In this document: one piece after another, positions 53,561-63,702 of the stretch
How the letters are laid out: each line of letters starts with the position of its first letter
Numbering within the stretch: position 1 is the first letter of the stretch
DNA from: Paramoeba atlantica
Taxonomy: Eukaryota > Protista > Discosea
Direction of reading: 5' to 3'
DNA length: 64,000 nt
Assembly: GCA_977017575.1 (NCBI GenBank)
Contig: CDRNVI010000055.1
Coordinates: 62,001 to 126,000 of the forward strand
Notes under the pieces: model-generated
Told to the model about the DNA's origin: nothing
The model's database searches: none
Seen by the model: the letters and a program-made list of their open reading frames with translations, nothing else
Made by a program: the position numbers and the translations under genes

Positions 53561-54803
53561 GGAAACTGTCGTGCCCGGTTTGCTCTGGAAGAGACCTTGC
53601 TATCCAACAGGAGCAAGCTGACACCCCGAAACGATACTTCCCCTTTCATAATTCTTTATAAATAAACCCCCGCTCACGAATAAGTGACCCCCCCTTATTT
53701 TTAGCATAGGGGGGCGTAGGTGGGTTGTCATACCACTTTTTCGTTCAAAATTTCGAGATCTGTACGTTCCCGCTGTTTTTAGCTCATTTTAAAATTTTAA
53801 AATTTAGTCAAAAAAAATAATTGGTTTTTCAGCTTTTTTTTTCAAAAATGACAAAATCACGATATCGGCTCCTAAAAGGGGGGTTTACGGATAGTGGTAA
53901 GGTTCTTTTGAACATGAGACAGGGAGAAGGTGTTCCGATAAAACAATTATCCCGTGATTTTAACGTCTCTAGAAGGATAGTCAAAAAATTTCTGAACGAA
54001 AAAAAATGTAGCGGGGAATACACTTTGAGTCCTGTGACCATTAAAAAAATCGAATCTCGCAAAAAGAAAATTGAAAAGATATTGACTCCTTTCGACCCCG
54101 CTGGGGTACCAAAATTCAATTCTTCAAGGCGTATAAAAGGCCAACTGTGTAAAAAAGGTATACAAGTTTCGCAAAGCACTGTAAAGCGAGATCTAGCATC
54201 GCTGGATTACAATTATGCCGCTCGGCCAGTATGCCAAGGGCTTACCGAACGACAAAAGCAAAAAAGAGTTCAATTTGCTTTGAATTACAAATTGGATACT
54301 GCCCGTGTTATTTTTACGGACGAAAAGATATTTGATACCAACGATAGCAGAAGACACATGTGCGTAAAGCGCGGTCAAAAAGCGGCCCCGCGTCAAAAAG
54401 TACGTTGGGCACCAAGATGCCAAGTTTTGGGTGCTGTAGGAGTGGGGTGGAGGTATTTGGTTACTCTACGAAATGACACATCTATTACAAGTGAGACGTA
54501 CATAGAAACATTAAAACAGGTAGATTTCCCCCCTAATAGTGTATTTCAACAGGATGGGGCAACGGCACACACTGCCCGTGCCTCCAAAGAGTATATTGAG
54601 AATCGAATGAGTGATGTTCTAAGAAACTGGCCTCCCAACTCGCCCGACCTTTCCCCCATAGAAAACGTCTGGTCTATGGTCCAAGAGGCGGTAGACGAAC
54701 AAACGCCACCGGACAAACCTTCACTTATCCGATGTGTACGTAAAGCATGGTCTTCTTTAACTCAAAAAGTGATCGACAAAACAGTATTAAGTTTTGATTT
54801 TCG

Positions 54804-56045
54804 GGTGAAATTAAAGCAAAATTCGCCTTTTTTGAAAAAAAGGAAAGTCGTCCCCACTAAAAATAATTGTATCTTTTTTTGTATCGTATCACGTATTTCC
54901 ACTTTTTCCATTATTTTTCAGATTCATTTTTTAGATTCAGACTCCTCAACTCCAACACATGCCCTGTAAAGGATGCAACGGTTTCGCTTGCCGAGGAAAT
55001 CTCACTTTGAGCAAAGTTTCTGTGTGGAGCGAATCGAAATGCAGGGAGTGGTTAAGAACCCATAAGTTGGTGGCTCAGAAGGTTGTATGTTATAAAAGAC
55101 TACACAAGGCGCCCTATACTATGCACGTCACTGACGGGAAATGGAGGTGTACTAAAAAATGCAAAGGAATGTACGCCACCTTAGGACCTCTCGTACCTGG
55201 AAGGGCACAAAGAAGTGCAAAGCAAACATTAAAGTACATAATTTTGTACGCTCGTGGTGGACGACATGCGGATTCGGCAGCGGAGACAGAACTTAGCCAG
55301 CAGACCATTGTGTCTCTAAGGCAATGGATGGATGGCATGATGGCCACAGCTCATGTTCGCCGACGTATCAGGAATCGCGGCAGCGTTGGTTCAATGCAAT
55401 GCGATGAGACATATTTTTCTGTACGGAAACGTCACCGAGGTTCTCATGGTGCAAGACGGGTGCGAGATGATGGTACAGAAGTTGCACAGACAATTGCTGT
55501 GACTACTCGAGCGAACAAATTATCTGAAATGTTCATGGAAGTTGTACCTGATCGTAAGGCGAGCACGTTACTTCCTCGAATTGAAGATCTGGCGAGCGGG
55601 GGGAGGACACGAATTTGGACCGACGGGGCGCGTCACAATATCTGCCTTGGTGGATGCTATAAGTGGAATAGCGTGAACCACCGCCGAGAATGGATAACAG
55701 AAGAGGGTGTCCACAAGAACACTGTGGAGTGCGCGAATTCGGTGGCGAAGAAGAGACTTAATCGAGAAGGAAACGTATTAGGAAGGAAAAAGGATAAACG
55801 GGCAGATCGTGTGCAAGCCAATGCTGAAAAATGCAACGGCAGCTTACGGTACAATGGCGGCGATGTAATGCTGCGCATCCTACAGAATCTACAAGATCAT
55901 TGTCATTGTATTCATTTATAAGTCTTGTCCAAGTATTTAAGTAGAAAACTAGAAGCGGAAAGTGTTGATTTCATTGCACAAAATTTTTGAAAACCGCAAA
56001 AAAAAACTTTTTTTAAAAAAAGGCGAATTTTGCCTTAATTTAACC
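54804..56045 (+). mobile_element. Merlin (IS1595-like) DNA transposon, apparently intact (1242 bp)
   Basis: GG-starting TIRs of about 37 bp, 8-bp TSD GATTTTCG (54796-54803, 56046-56053). Confidence 0.93.
54959..55921 (+). CDS. Merlin/IS1595 DDE transposase (320 aa)
   Basis: QCDETYF..RKRHRG, TLLPRI, IWTDG, VNH, GVHKNTVE; Cys/His-rich N-terminus. Confidence 0.92.
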   Translation: MPCKGCNGFACRGNLTLSKVSVWSESKCREWLRTHKLVAQKVVCYKRLHKAPYTMHVTDGKWRCTKKCKGMYATLGPLVPGRAQRSAKQTLKYIILYARGGRHADSAAETELSQQTIVSLRQWMDGMMATAHVRRRIRNRGSVGSMQCDETYFSVRKRHRGSHGARRVRDDGTEVAQTIAVTTRANKLSEMFMEVVPDRKASTLLPRIEDLASGGRTRIWTDGARHNICLGGCYKWNSVNHRREWITEEGVHKNTVECANSVAKKRLNREGNVLGRKKDKRADRVQANAEKCNGSLRYNGGDVMLRILQNLQDHCHCIHL

Positions 56046-56805
56046 GATTTTCGGCTTAAGGAGTGTATAAGATTGAAGGGCGAAAAAGTGACAAAATGGT
56101 AATTCTTCTCTAAATTGTGCGTATTCGTTTCTTTTTGTCCCATTTCTTCAGGCGCAAAGTCTTTGTTTTGAGATCTGCAAAATGCAACAAAAGTCAGCTC
56201 AAACGGACGTTTGTACGAAAAAAAAAGAGGGGGGTCACTTTTCTTGAGCGGGGGTTTATAAACTATAAGTGTTTCGGCGATTTATATTTATATCTAAATC
56301 TGTGCAGTATTGATATAAGAAATATTTCATCGTATGTTCATAGTATTAAATTGCCTTTTGAGACGCTTCCGTAGCTACTGCTAAGAACTTTCGCAGTTAA
56401 GCATAAATTTGTGACCCATTTAGCTCTTGTAGCAATAGTTTAAATGATAAGATGGGATTGTACCTGTCCGTAAGCGACGCATCTGCAAGTTCGTGAATCA
56501 GGTTTAACGTGTTCGCGTGGAGAGACCCAGAGGAGAGCATCGGTAGGCAAAGAAACGACTCTTCGGATATCATACCTGATCGGACATACGTTTCTATTTT
56601 AGGCTACAGATGACTTATATTGTAGTCATTTTTCGGAAATTTGCGAAAGTGCATGAAAGGACTATTACTCATTTTTTCGAAATATGAAATGCGGTTTTTC
56701 GATATGCTAGATGTTATTTCCCTATATTTTCCATTCCTTGTCTCAAAAGAAATACAGATCCTGATACAAATACATATCCTGATTGAAGAAATACACCGAT
56801 TTTGA

Positions 56806-57903
56806 TTATAACTGCAATCTTTGTATGAACTTCCAATCTTCATCTTCACTTTCATCAACAAGCGACTCACTAGAGTCTTCTTCTTCTTCTTCTTCTTCTT
56901 CTTCCATTTTGTCGTGTTCAAACTCGCTTTCCACTTCATCTTCTTCCGACTCGCTTTCACTATCACTTTCTGTCCCCATGTCTCGAGCTACTTTAAACGC
57001 ACATAACAGTACTTGTAACTTCTCTTGCCAAGACGGCTTTTTAAAAAATAAGGTAAACAACGCCACCGTCCGCTTAGACTCTCTCAACGACATCGATAAC
57101 CTACCTTGTTTACGTATAGCCCGCTTCACCGCTGAATGACATGACTCCGCGTTGTTGGTGTGAGTTCCATCAGCAGTTACAAACTTAAACTTTCCTTTAC
57201 TAGAATGGTTCACAGTGCGGTGATCGCGAAATGCAATAACGTTCGAGTATCCTTTCCACCCGTCTGTAGTTACTATGGTACGTTGGCTGTCCAATGTGTG
57301 CTTCCTGATCGCCTGCTCCAAGGTTTCCTTATTTCGATTTTTTACGTGTAACCACACCGTGCTTACCGATTTACCGTTCCTTGCAACTTCCGTAAGAGTC
57401 AATACCCACGTTGGTTTCTTACGAGTTCTTCGTCCGCGGTTGTACTTCCGGCTCCATAAATAAGTCTCGTCAACCTGACAACGCGAGTACTGTATCTTGG
57501 AGTTCCGATACTTCATGTACCGATAAACTGCATCTAAGAGCTCTTTTTTCCACGTAAATGCAGTTTTCCGGTCAACTTCGCATTGCGAAGCAATTGAGCT
57601 CATTGGAACACCTTGACACAGTTTTACCCAAAAAGAGAATTTCTGCTTTCTTTTCTTTTGTTTGCAAGACATGTAGGGATACAGCAGTGATAGACGTTTT
57701 CGACAACTCCCCTTCTTCCGTCGTTTCCAGCAAATGTTTTCAAAGCGTCTCGCTGCACACCCTGTACCCCCATGCCTGCGACAAGTTTCGGACTTCACAA
57801 TACCATGGCTTATAAGAAATTTCTCGAATTGCTCGAATGGAATTGGGCCATCGTTTTTCCACTTGAGAACACAACGCATATCCGAGCACGAACAGGAGGC
57901 CAT
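56806..57903 (-). CDS. Second, divergent Merlin transposase (365 aa, acidic tail)
   Basis: QVDETY..RKYNRGR, TTDGWKGY, TVNHS, GTHTNNAES; perfect 16-bp inverted repeats at 56617-56632 and 58011-58026. TSD not found. Confidence 0.9.
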   Translation of the reverse strand: MASCSCSDMRCVLKWKNDGPIPFEQFEKFLISHGIVKSETCRRHGGTGCAARRFENICWKRRKKGSCRKRLSLLYPYMSCKQKKRKQKFSFWVKLCQGVPMSSIASQCEVDRKTAFTWKKELLDAVYRYMKYRNSKIQYSRCQVDETYLWSRKYNRGRRTRKKPTWVLTLTEVARNGKSVSTVWLHVKNRNKETLEQAIRKHTLDSQRTIVTTDGWKGYSNVIAFRDHRTVNHSSKGKFKFVTADGTHTNNAESCHSAVKRAIRKQGRLSMSLRESKRTVALFTLFFKKPSWQEKLQVLLCAFKVARDMGTESDSESESEEDEVESEFEHDKMEEEEEEEEEDSSESLVDESEDEDWKFIQRLQL

Positions 57904-58060
57904 TTAGTGGAAAAAAAAGAAATGAAATAAGCCAAATCTTGTTTCACGCATAAATACAATGTATTCTGAGGGAGATGTCATGTTATATATTTGCTTCTCA
58001 ACGTTTCCCCAAAATGACTACAATATATCACCCCATTAACCCTATTTTACGTTCAATCGC

Positions 58061-58960
58061 TTATTTCATCAGTTGTCCTGGATGGCTCTTCGCATGTGTG
58101 GCTGCCAATTCGTGAATCACGGTTAAGTCGTAGAAAACAGCTCCCGTATTCCAGTATATGACGATATCTGGTCCTGAGCGGTGATAATTTTTGCCACTGC
58201 CTGTTTTATGGTGCAACTGATGATTGTCTTGGTCAACGGTTCGTTTGCATGTGAGGCATGTCCATGTGCGAAATTCACGGATCCTTCCTGTCATAAACGT
58301 GAATCAAAATAGCAAAAGAAGAAGCAATAACTCAAGTATAAATATAACTTCCTTCAATTCAGCCAAAAATATCAGTTTCCCATTTTCTCTCATCTTCTGT
58401 CATAGACGAATCAACAACATCACAGAATCAGTTGTATCTAACGAACGGGCTTCATGCCCACCACGTCGCGAACCAACCGATTCAATGCAGTAGCCGATGT
58501 TAAAGTGCACTTGCAACCAGGACAAAGTAAATCATTTGGAAGTCGAGGGTGTTTAAGCGCAAAACGTGGCATTATCGCCAATTTGAATTTGGAACTCGGA
58601 ACCAGACGCACTTTAGAGGTAATCCAGGAAAATTGTCCCTTTTGAGATGAAAGCATAATGATGGGAGCGAGGCTTTTATCTTTCAGTAACTCTTCACGGA
58701 CCCCATTGTGATATTTCTCTTCTGTCACGAACTCATCATTAGGTGGATTAATGTCGCAATTATCTCTTCCAAGAGGGACCGGAGCGTTCCGTATTTGTGT
58801 AGCCCGAGCTGAAAAAGCTTTTCTGTGCTCCAGAGCTGCACTGCGGGACGCGTCATAAGAGGCTCCTCTCAACGGTTCCATGGGAGTGCTGCCTAAGCCT
58901 CCTTTGCGAGTTGGAGGACGGATCCATGAAATTTGAGTATCTGTCAGTTGGCCAAACCAG
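58061..58960 (-). mobile_element. 3' fragment of a CRE/SLACS-like non-LTR retrotransposon
   Basis: RPPTRKGGLG thumb motif, SWITS..F..AI..R, CPGC knuckle, REL PDIVI...FYDLTVIH; several stops and frameshifts. Confidence 0.7.
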
Positions 58961-58974
58961 TTTTTCAGGACATC

Positions 58975-59365
58975 ATCTACGTTTGCATCGGACCCATAAG
59001 TATGGGTCTCTTCGTAAAGACCCGGATCGTCGAAGCCTTGATGACATCGAAGAGTTTGTCTTCGGCACTTGTCTCAGGCTCAAGAGCAGTCAATCGCTCT
59101 TGCAATGCGTCATTGCTCTCGATAGTCATAAAAATTTAGGAGAAAAGTTTACGGGAAAAGAAAAACGCGCTGTTGTTAGTAAAAAGGATGAAAATGATTC
59201 AGACAAAGAAACAAAGGAAAATATAGCTAGAAGCGTACACCGAATTCGAAATTCCACTTAAAAATAAAAACAAATGTAAACTTTTGGCTGTTTTTCTATC
59301 TCTCCCCACCGAAAATACGAACCGCGGTTTCGGTGCGGTCTCGGTCGAAGTACCCGCAGCCCCTC
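58975..59365 (-). mobile_element. Right end of a PHIS-like element with a truncated accessory ORF
   Basis: ACCCGCAGCCCCTC terminus (59352-59365), GGTTTCGGTGCGG subterminal motif, MTIESNDALQERL...DVIKASTIRVFTKR. Confidence 0.75.
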
Positions 59366-59440
59366 ACATGGATATTTTACTATTTCTGATATATCCTTGT
59401 TAGGTTGTTGCTTCTACCACGTTTAAGTTTTTGTGTTACG

Positions 59441-60841
59441 ATGAGATCCCAACGTTTGCGGGCTCCACAGGAGTCGAGCCAGGACCGTGATCGCTCCCCA
59501 AAACGAGACCGGGCACCGACACCGATTGAGACCTCTTCCTTTGCTCGTTCTAAGCGCCAGTCCCTGTCGTGCCCTCCCGTTCGCCCCCCTCTTCCCCCTC
59601 TCCCCACGCAGGCAGCTCCGCAGGTAACCGCGAAACCTACTCAGATTCCCCCTACCCCAGGCCCGGCGCGGCGGAAGGTACGTCCGTCTGGTAGAGCGTT
59701 GAGCCCCGCCCGCGAACCGCCGAGTCCGCTCCCGAGTAATCTCCCCAGTCTTCCTGCAAGCTCCTTTAATAGCCCTTATCCCATTCCACTCGATGCTCCG
59801 GAAGTCCCGATACGTCGCAAGGGAACCTTTAACCCTGACCAGGTTGAGGCTTCCCGCTCACCTCGTCGATACGATGCCCTCGACATTGACCACGTCGAGG
59901 TGCCTCAGCGTTCACGCCTTGATGCCCGAGGAATCATGACCAGCCAAAGCAAGGAAGAGTTTGTCATGAAAGTGATTGACCTTCTGCGCAAACGCTATGA
60001 GGTCACCGTCGAAGCTGTATGGTCTCTTCCCCGAGATGGCCTACGGCAGACGGCTATAGGGCGGGTGCATATGACGCATCCTAATGACCCGGAATCAACT
60101 GAGTTGTTTACAGAATGGGATGGGGACGTGAATACAGCCTACCGTTTTCCCCATCCCGATATCAATTACCACTCCTTGGACCTTGCCCATGTTCGGGCAC
60201 AGATGCCGGGTGGGAAACCAGTTGAAGATTTGATTCCGGCGTTTGAACGCGTCCGTGTTACGGACCCGAAAAGCTTCTACCCCTACGACCCGGTTACTTG
60301 GCAACCGTGGATCGACACGGATGATTTGTTCAAGCCACGTGAACTCATCCGTGAGCTGCGCGAAGCTCCGCAGCTTGGGGTACGCTTCAACCCTCCGCCG
60401 CAGCGTGAGCGCCTGTTCAAAATGTTGACTGAATGGGTTTACGCTGCGCGCAACACAGAGGGTTGGCTAGAGAAGCACAACCTCGCCGTAGCCCTTCTCA
60501 TCATCGAAGAGCTTCGCAACCATTATTGGGCTGCGGCGGGTGTTGCAGTCAAACGAGTGCAACAGCGGTTGCACCGTGACGACGACCCTCAGGACCGTTA
60601 CGGTCAGCTTGTGGTCGACGAGCAACTGAGGGGCCGGACTGCGCAGCGTGCTCCTCGTCGACGCAGCCAGGGACCTTTCTGTTTTGGCTGTCATCAGCCA
60701 GGCCACCTCCGATCGAACTGCCCCCAAGCGTCCCAACAGCAGGGGGGGCAGTTCCGTACCCAATGCGCCCCGCAACAGGATTTTCGCGGCGGGGTGGTGG
60801 GCGGCGCCAACCGTTACGGCGCATCGCGGGCTTTCCACTAG
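59441..60841 (+). CDS. Gag-like protein with CCHC zinc knuckle
   Basis: CFGCHQPGHLRSNC near the C-terminus; first ATG at 59441. Confidence 0.85.
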   Translation: MRSQRLRAPQESSQDRDRSPKRDRAPTPIETSSFARSKRQSLSCPPVRPPLPPLPTQAAPQVTAKPTQIPPTPGPARRKVRPSGRALSPAREPPSPLPSNLPSLPASSFNSPYPIPLDAPEVPIRRKGTFNPDQVEASRSPRRYDALDIDHVEVPQRSRLDARGIMTSQSKEEFVMKVIDLLRKRYEVTVEAVWSLPRDGLRQTAIGRVHMTHPNDPESTELFTEWDGDVNTAYRFPHPDINYHSLDLAHVRAQMPGGKPVEDLIPAFERVRVTDPKSFYPYDPVTWQPWIDTDDLFKPRELIRELREAPQLGVRFNPPPQRERLFKMLTEWVYAARNTEGWLEKHNLAVALLIIEELRNHYWAAAGVAVKRVQQRLHRDDDPQDRYGQLVVDEQLRGRTAQRAPRRRSQGPFCFGCHQPGHLRSNCPQASQQQGGQFRTQCAPQQDFRGGVVGGANRYGASRAFH

Positions 60842-63702
60842 GAAATGCTCCCCACCCCAGTTACTGCTCGTGCCCGTCGTCCCAGGCGACGACGGGTGGA
60901 TATTCCTACCCCCGCTCCCTCTCCGCTCCTCCGCCAACGAGAAAGGCGGCCACGTGTGCGTGGCAATACTCCTCCTCCGCGCCAGTCCTCGCCAATGCTC
61001 CTCCGTCGCCGCAGTGTCTCCCTCCCGGCTCGTCCTCTCCCCCGAACCCCCGTTCCCGCCAAAACCGCCGCCGCCGCCAAAACCGCCGCCATACAGTCGC
61101 CCGGGAAACGCCGCCAAGAGTTACTGGGGACCATTCTTCAAATGCCCCCCGAGGACCCGCGCGCCACCCAGATGAACGAGGCGCTCCAGCCAATGTGGGC
61201 GACGGCCACGTGGGCCACAAGGGAGCGATTGTGGTTCCGCCTGCGCGAGTATTGCCAGGCGAAGGGAATCACCGCGAATCCTGCAAACGCGGTGCTCTTC
61301 CTGGAGACTCTGCCTCTCGCTACCTCGACGCGCATGGGGTACGCAGGGGCATTGAGGACTCTGTTCGAGCTCATGGGAATCGAAGGCACCCCATTGAGTC
61401 TCTACGTAAAGGCCCTGCAAGCGCAGGGGGGGCTAGAACCCACGCGGCAGATGCTACCAATCACGCCACTTCTTCTAAAGAAGCTGAGACGTCATCTCGA
61501 CGTAAAGGAGAGCATGTGTTGCCTCCTGTGTTGGAAAGCCGCTGCGAGATGGACCGAGACCGCCGACCTGAGGCGGGAGCAGTTCGTGAGTGTGGCCAGT
61601 CACGAGGTAATCATTTATTGGGGCAGGGGGACCAAGACGACCCGTCTGAATCCTTACCGGCCGTACCTCTACGCGATAGTGACTGGCCCGGGGACACCCG
61701 AACTGGCTCAGTTTGTGGGAAGTTTGAGACCAGGCCAGCGCCTGTGTTACACGACGGTCCGGGAGATGGACCACAGGATGAATCAACTTCTCGGTCCCGG
61801 GTATGGAACACATTCCATAAAAAGAGGTGCAATTACATACCTGTTTCACGAGATCTCCCTCGGGAATCTCAGGATGGAGGACGTCCAGAACCTCACGAAA
61901 CACCTCAACGTCGAATCACTGTTGCGCTACAACGCAAGCAGTATTACAACGGCAAGGGCTCTCGGGACGCAGAGAGTCTCAGCACGTCTCCCAGTGCTGT
62001 AACCTCGGAGCACGTGGCAAAGTGCTTCGAGGAAGTGCCTTACCTTCGCAGGCACTCCGTTGTTTGTGCACGCCGCTCTTCACGGCTAGCCAAGGCACAC
62101 GACGCACACCTGCCTTTGCACTTTAAGAAGTCGATACCTGTTATCCATATGGATCAGGTTAAGGAGTGGATGAGCCTTTCAGCTGCCACTCGTTTTCGCA
62201 AGGTAGTGGATGAATTGTTATGGGTACCTAAAGCCCCGTACCCCGAACCTAGTGTGAAAGGTTCGTTGCCTGAGGCGGACGTCCGATTGTTGGAGGACGC
62301 AGGCATAATGTATAAGGTCCCGGCGCACGAGTTGAGAAAGCGCCCATCGATGCGGTTCATGATTCCCTTCACGGTTGTGGAGACCGATGATGAGGGCAAT
62401 CAGCGCAGAAGGTTTATTTCGTGGACACGGGACGACAATGACAGACTTAAATCATATGAACCAAAGGTCCCTTTATATCATCCCTCCAAATACCTTCATA
62501 AGGCGCACGAGCCGATGGCTGTGAAGCGGGACTTCACGTGTGGGTTTTACCAGATTGGTATCCCAAAGAGGGCGCGGCCCAAATTCCGCCTTAGAACGAA
62601 CAGTGGAGACGTGTATGAGATGAACGTCCTCCCGATGGGCCATAGGTGTGCACCGGAGGTTATGCACACGGTTACCGCCGCGATTGCTGGCGAGGCGTCG
62701 ATTTGTTCTCAGCGCTACTCGTTTCACCGAGGCGCTATCGACGTTTATGTTGACGGAGTTCGGTTTGCAGGAACCAACTCCGAGGCCACCACGTACTCTC
62801 AGTTCATCGACGAGCGTTGCGACAAGGCGAACGGTCTTTTCAAAGATCGGGGTCAGCCCCCTGTAGCACAGTACGTGTTTAATGGGGTGGCGTTCGACCA
62901 TAACGCGCATACGGTCTGCCTGGGACCGCGAGTGATCAGGAAACTGCGAGCCGACTCTTTCTTCAACATTTCCTTTGTTGACCTAGAGGCGGTGGTGGGG
63001 CGCCTCATTTATGGCTCCGCAGTTCTCCGACTCAAAATGCCGCGATTTTATTTCGCTTTAAAGGTGGCGCAACGGCGTATCAACTTGTTGAACCGTTGCC
63101 CGAAGTTATGTGACCGTCCGGTCGCACTCCCTGTCGTCACTCGCTCCATGCTAGCAGAGTGGAGAAACGAGTTGCTGGAGAATGTTCCACGGTCTCCACC
63201 TCCCCATCCCGATGTTGTTCCACACAAGCATCGTCTCTACACCGATGCCTCGGTGAAAGGATGGGGAGCGATTATGTATTTAGACAGTGGAGAGGTTTTG
63301 ATTACGGGTGAGGCGTGGCCTGAGTCATCCTCGTATGAGGTGAATCGTGCGGAAGCTGCAGCAGTCCGCTTAGCCCTCGAGAAGTTTTCCGCGCATTGCC
63401 CCCGTGGAACCTGCTTGGATGTTTTTGTTGATAACACCTCCTGTCAGGCTGCACTGAACAGGAGGATCTCCAAGTCAGAGGGGGTTTCAATGGAATTGCG
63501 CGAAGTCCTGCGACTGACAGAGGAGAAAGGTATTTGTGTGAAGGCAGCGTACATATCCACGGATGAGAACCCGGCGGATGCTGTCAGTCGTGGGAAGGAG
63601 GTTGAGAAGGAGAAGGTGGAGACATATAGAGGAACGATCGAGAAATACATTAATCATAATCACAGTGGTAAGGTAGACAGTCATTTTGAGGAAAAACCCT
63701 AG
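60763..63702 (+). CDS. Reverse transcriptase and RNase H; the N-terminal ~410 codons overlap the YR gene
   Basis: DFTCGFYQ, LPMG..CAP, YVDG; RNase H YTDAS, AEAAAV, VDNT, ENPADAVSR. Confidence 0.9.
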   Translation: MRPATGFSRRGGGRRQPLRRIAGFPLGNAPHPSYCSCPSSQATTGGYSYPRSLSAPPPTRKAATCAWQYSSSAPVLANAPPSPQCLPPGSSSPPNPRSRQNRRRRQNRRHTVARETPPRVTGDHSSNAPRGPARHPDERGAPANVGDGHVGHKGAIVVPPARVLPGEGNHRESCKRGALPGDSASRYLDAHGVRRGIEDSVRAHGNRRHPIESLRKGPASAGGARTHAADATNHATSSKEAETSSRRKGEHVLPPVLESRCEMDRDRRPEAGAVRECGQSRGNHLLGQGDQDDPSESLPAVPLRDSDWPGDTRTGSVCGKFETRPAPVLHDGPGDGPQDESTSRSRVWNTFHKKRCNYIPVSRDLPRESQDGGRPEPHETPQRRITVALQRKQYYNGKGSRDAESLSTSPSAVTSEHVAKCFEEVPYLRRHSVVCARRSSRLAKAHDAHLPLHFKKSIPVIHMDQVKEWMSLSAATRFRKVVDELLWVPKAPYPEPSVKGSLPEADVRLLEDAGIMYKVPAHELRKRPSMRFMIPFTVVETDDEGNQRRRFISWTRDDNDRLKSYEPKVPLYHPSKYLHKAHEPMAVKRDFTCGFYQIGIPKRARPKFRLRTNSGDVYEMNVLPMGHRCAPEVMHTVTAAIAGEASICSQRYSFHRGAIDVYVDGVRFAGTNSEATTYSQFIDERCDKANGLFKDRGQPPVAQYVFNGVAFDHNAHTVCLGPRVIRKLRADSFFNISFVDLEAVVGRLIYGSAVLRLKMPRFYFALKVAQRRINLLNRCPKLCDRPVALPVVTRSMLAEWRNELLENVPRSPPPHPDVVPHKHRLYTDASVKGWGAIMYLDSGEVLITGEAWPESSSYEVNRAEAAAVRLALEKFSAHCPRGTCLDVFVDNTSCQAALNRRISKSEGVSMELREVLRLTEEKGICVKAAYISTDENPADAVSRGKEVEKEKVETYRGTIEKYINHNHSGKVDSHFEEKP
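60845..62002 (+). CDS. Tyrosine recombinase
   Basis: AAR (Arg I), HSIKRGA (His-x-x-Arg-type box), TKH and terminal LRY catalytic Tyr. Confidence 0.88.
   Translation: MLPTPVTARARRPRRRRVDIPTPAPSPLLRQRERRPRVRGNTPPPRQSSPMLLRRRSVSLPARPLPRTPVPAKTAAAAKTAAIQSPGKRRQELLGTILQMPPEDPRATQMNEALQPMWATATWATRERLWFRLREYCQAKGITANPANAVLFLETLPLATSTRMGYAGALRTLFELMGIEGTPLSLYVKALQAQGGLEPTRQMLPITPLLLKKLRRHLDVKESMCCLLCWKAAARWTETADLRREQFVSVASHEVIIYWGRGTKTTRLNPYRPYLYAIVTGPGTPELAQFVGSLRPGQRLCYTTVREMDHRMNQLLGPGYGTHSIKRGAITYLFHEISLGNLRMEDVQNLTKHLNVESLLRYNASSITTARALGTQRVSARLPVL

Larger units (their letters stand above)
53665..56256 (+). mobile_element. Full-length Tc1/IS630 element (DD35E) disrupted by a Merlin insertion
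   Basis: TA|AACCCCCGCTCA...AAGTGACCCCCC TIRs; FTDEK, QQDG, DLSPIENVW; joining 53848-54803 to 56054-56102 restores a 334-aa ORF ending GEKVTKW. Confidence 0.93.

Noticed and set aside
53665-58032. Bacterial contamination suggested by IS630/IS1595-like transposases
   Set aside because: Elements are interleaved with eukaryotic retrotransposon fragments, SL-like remnants and a eukaryotic Rsm22 gene; no bacterial operons. A long-read check is still advisable.
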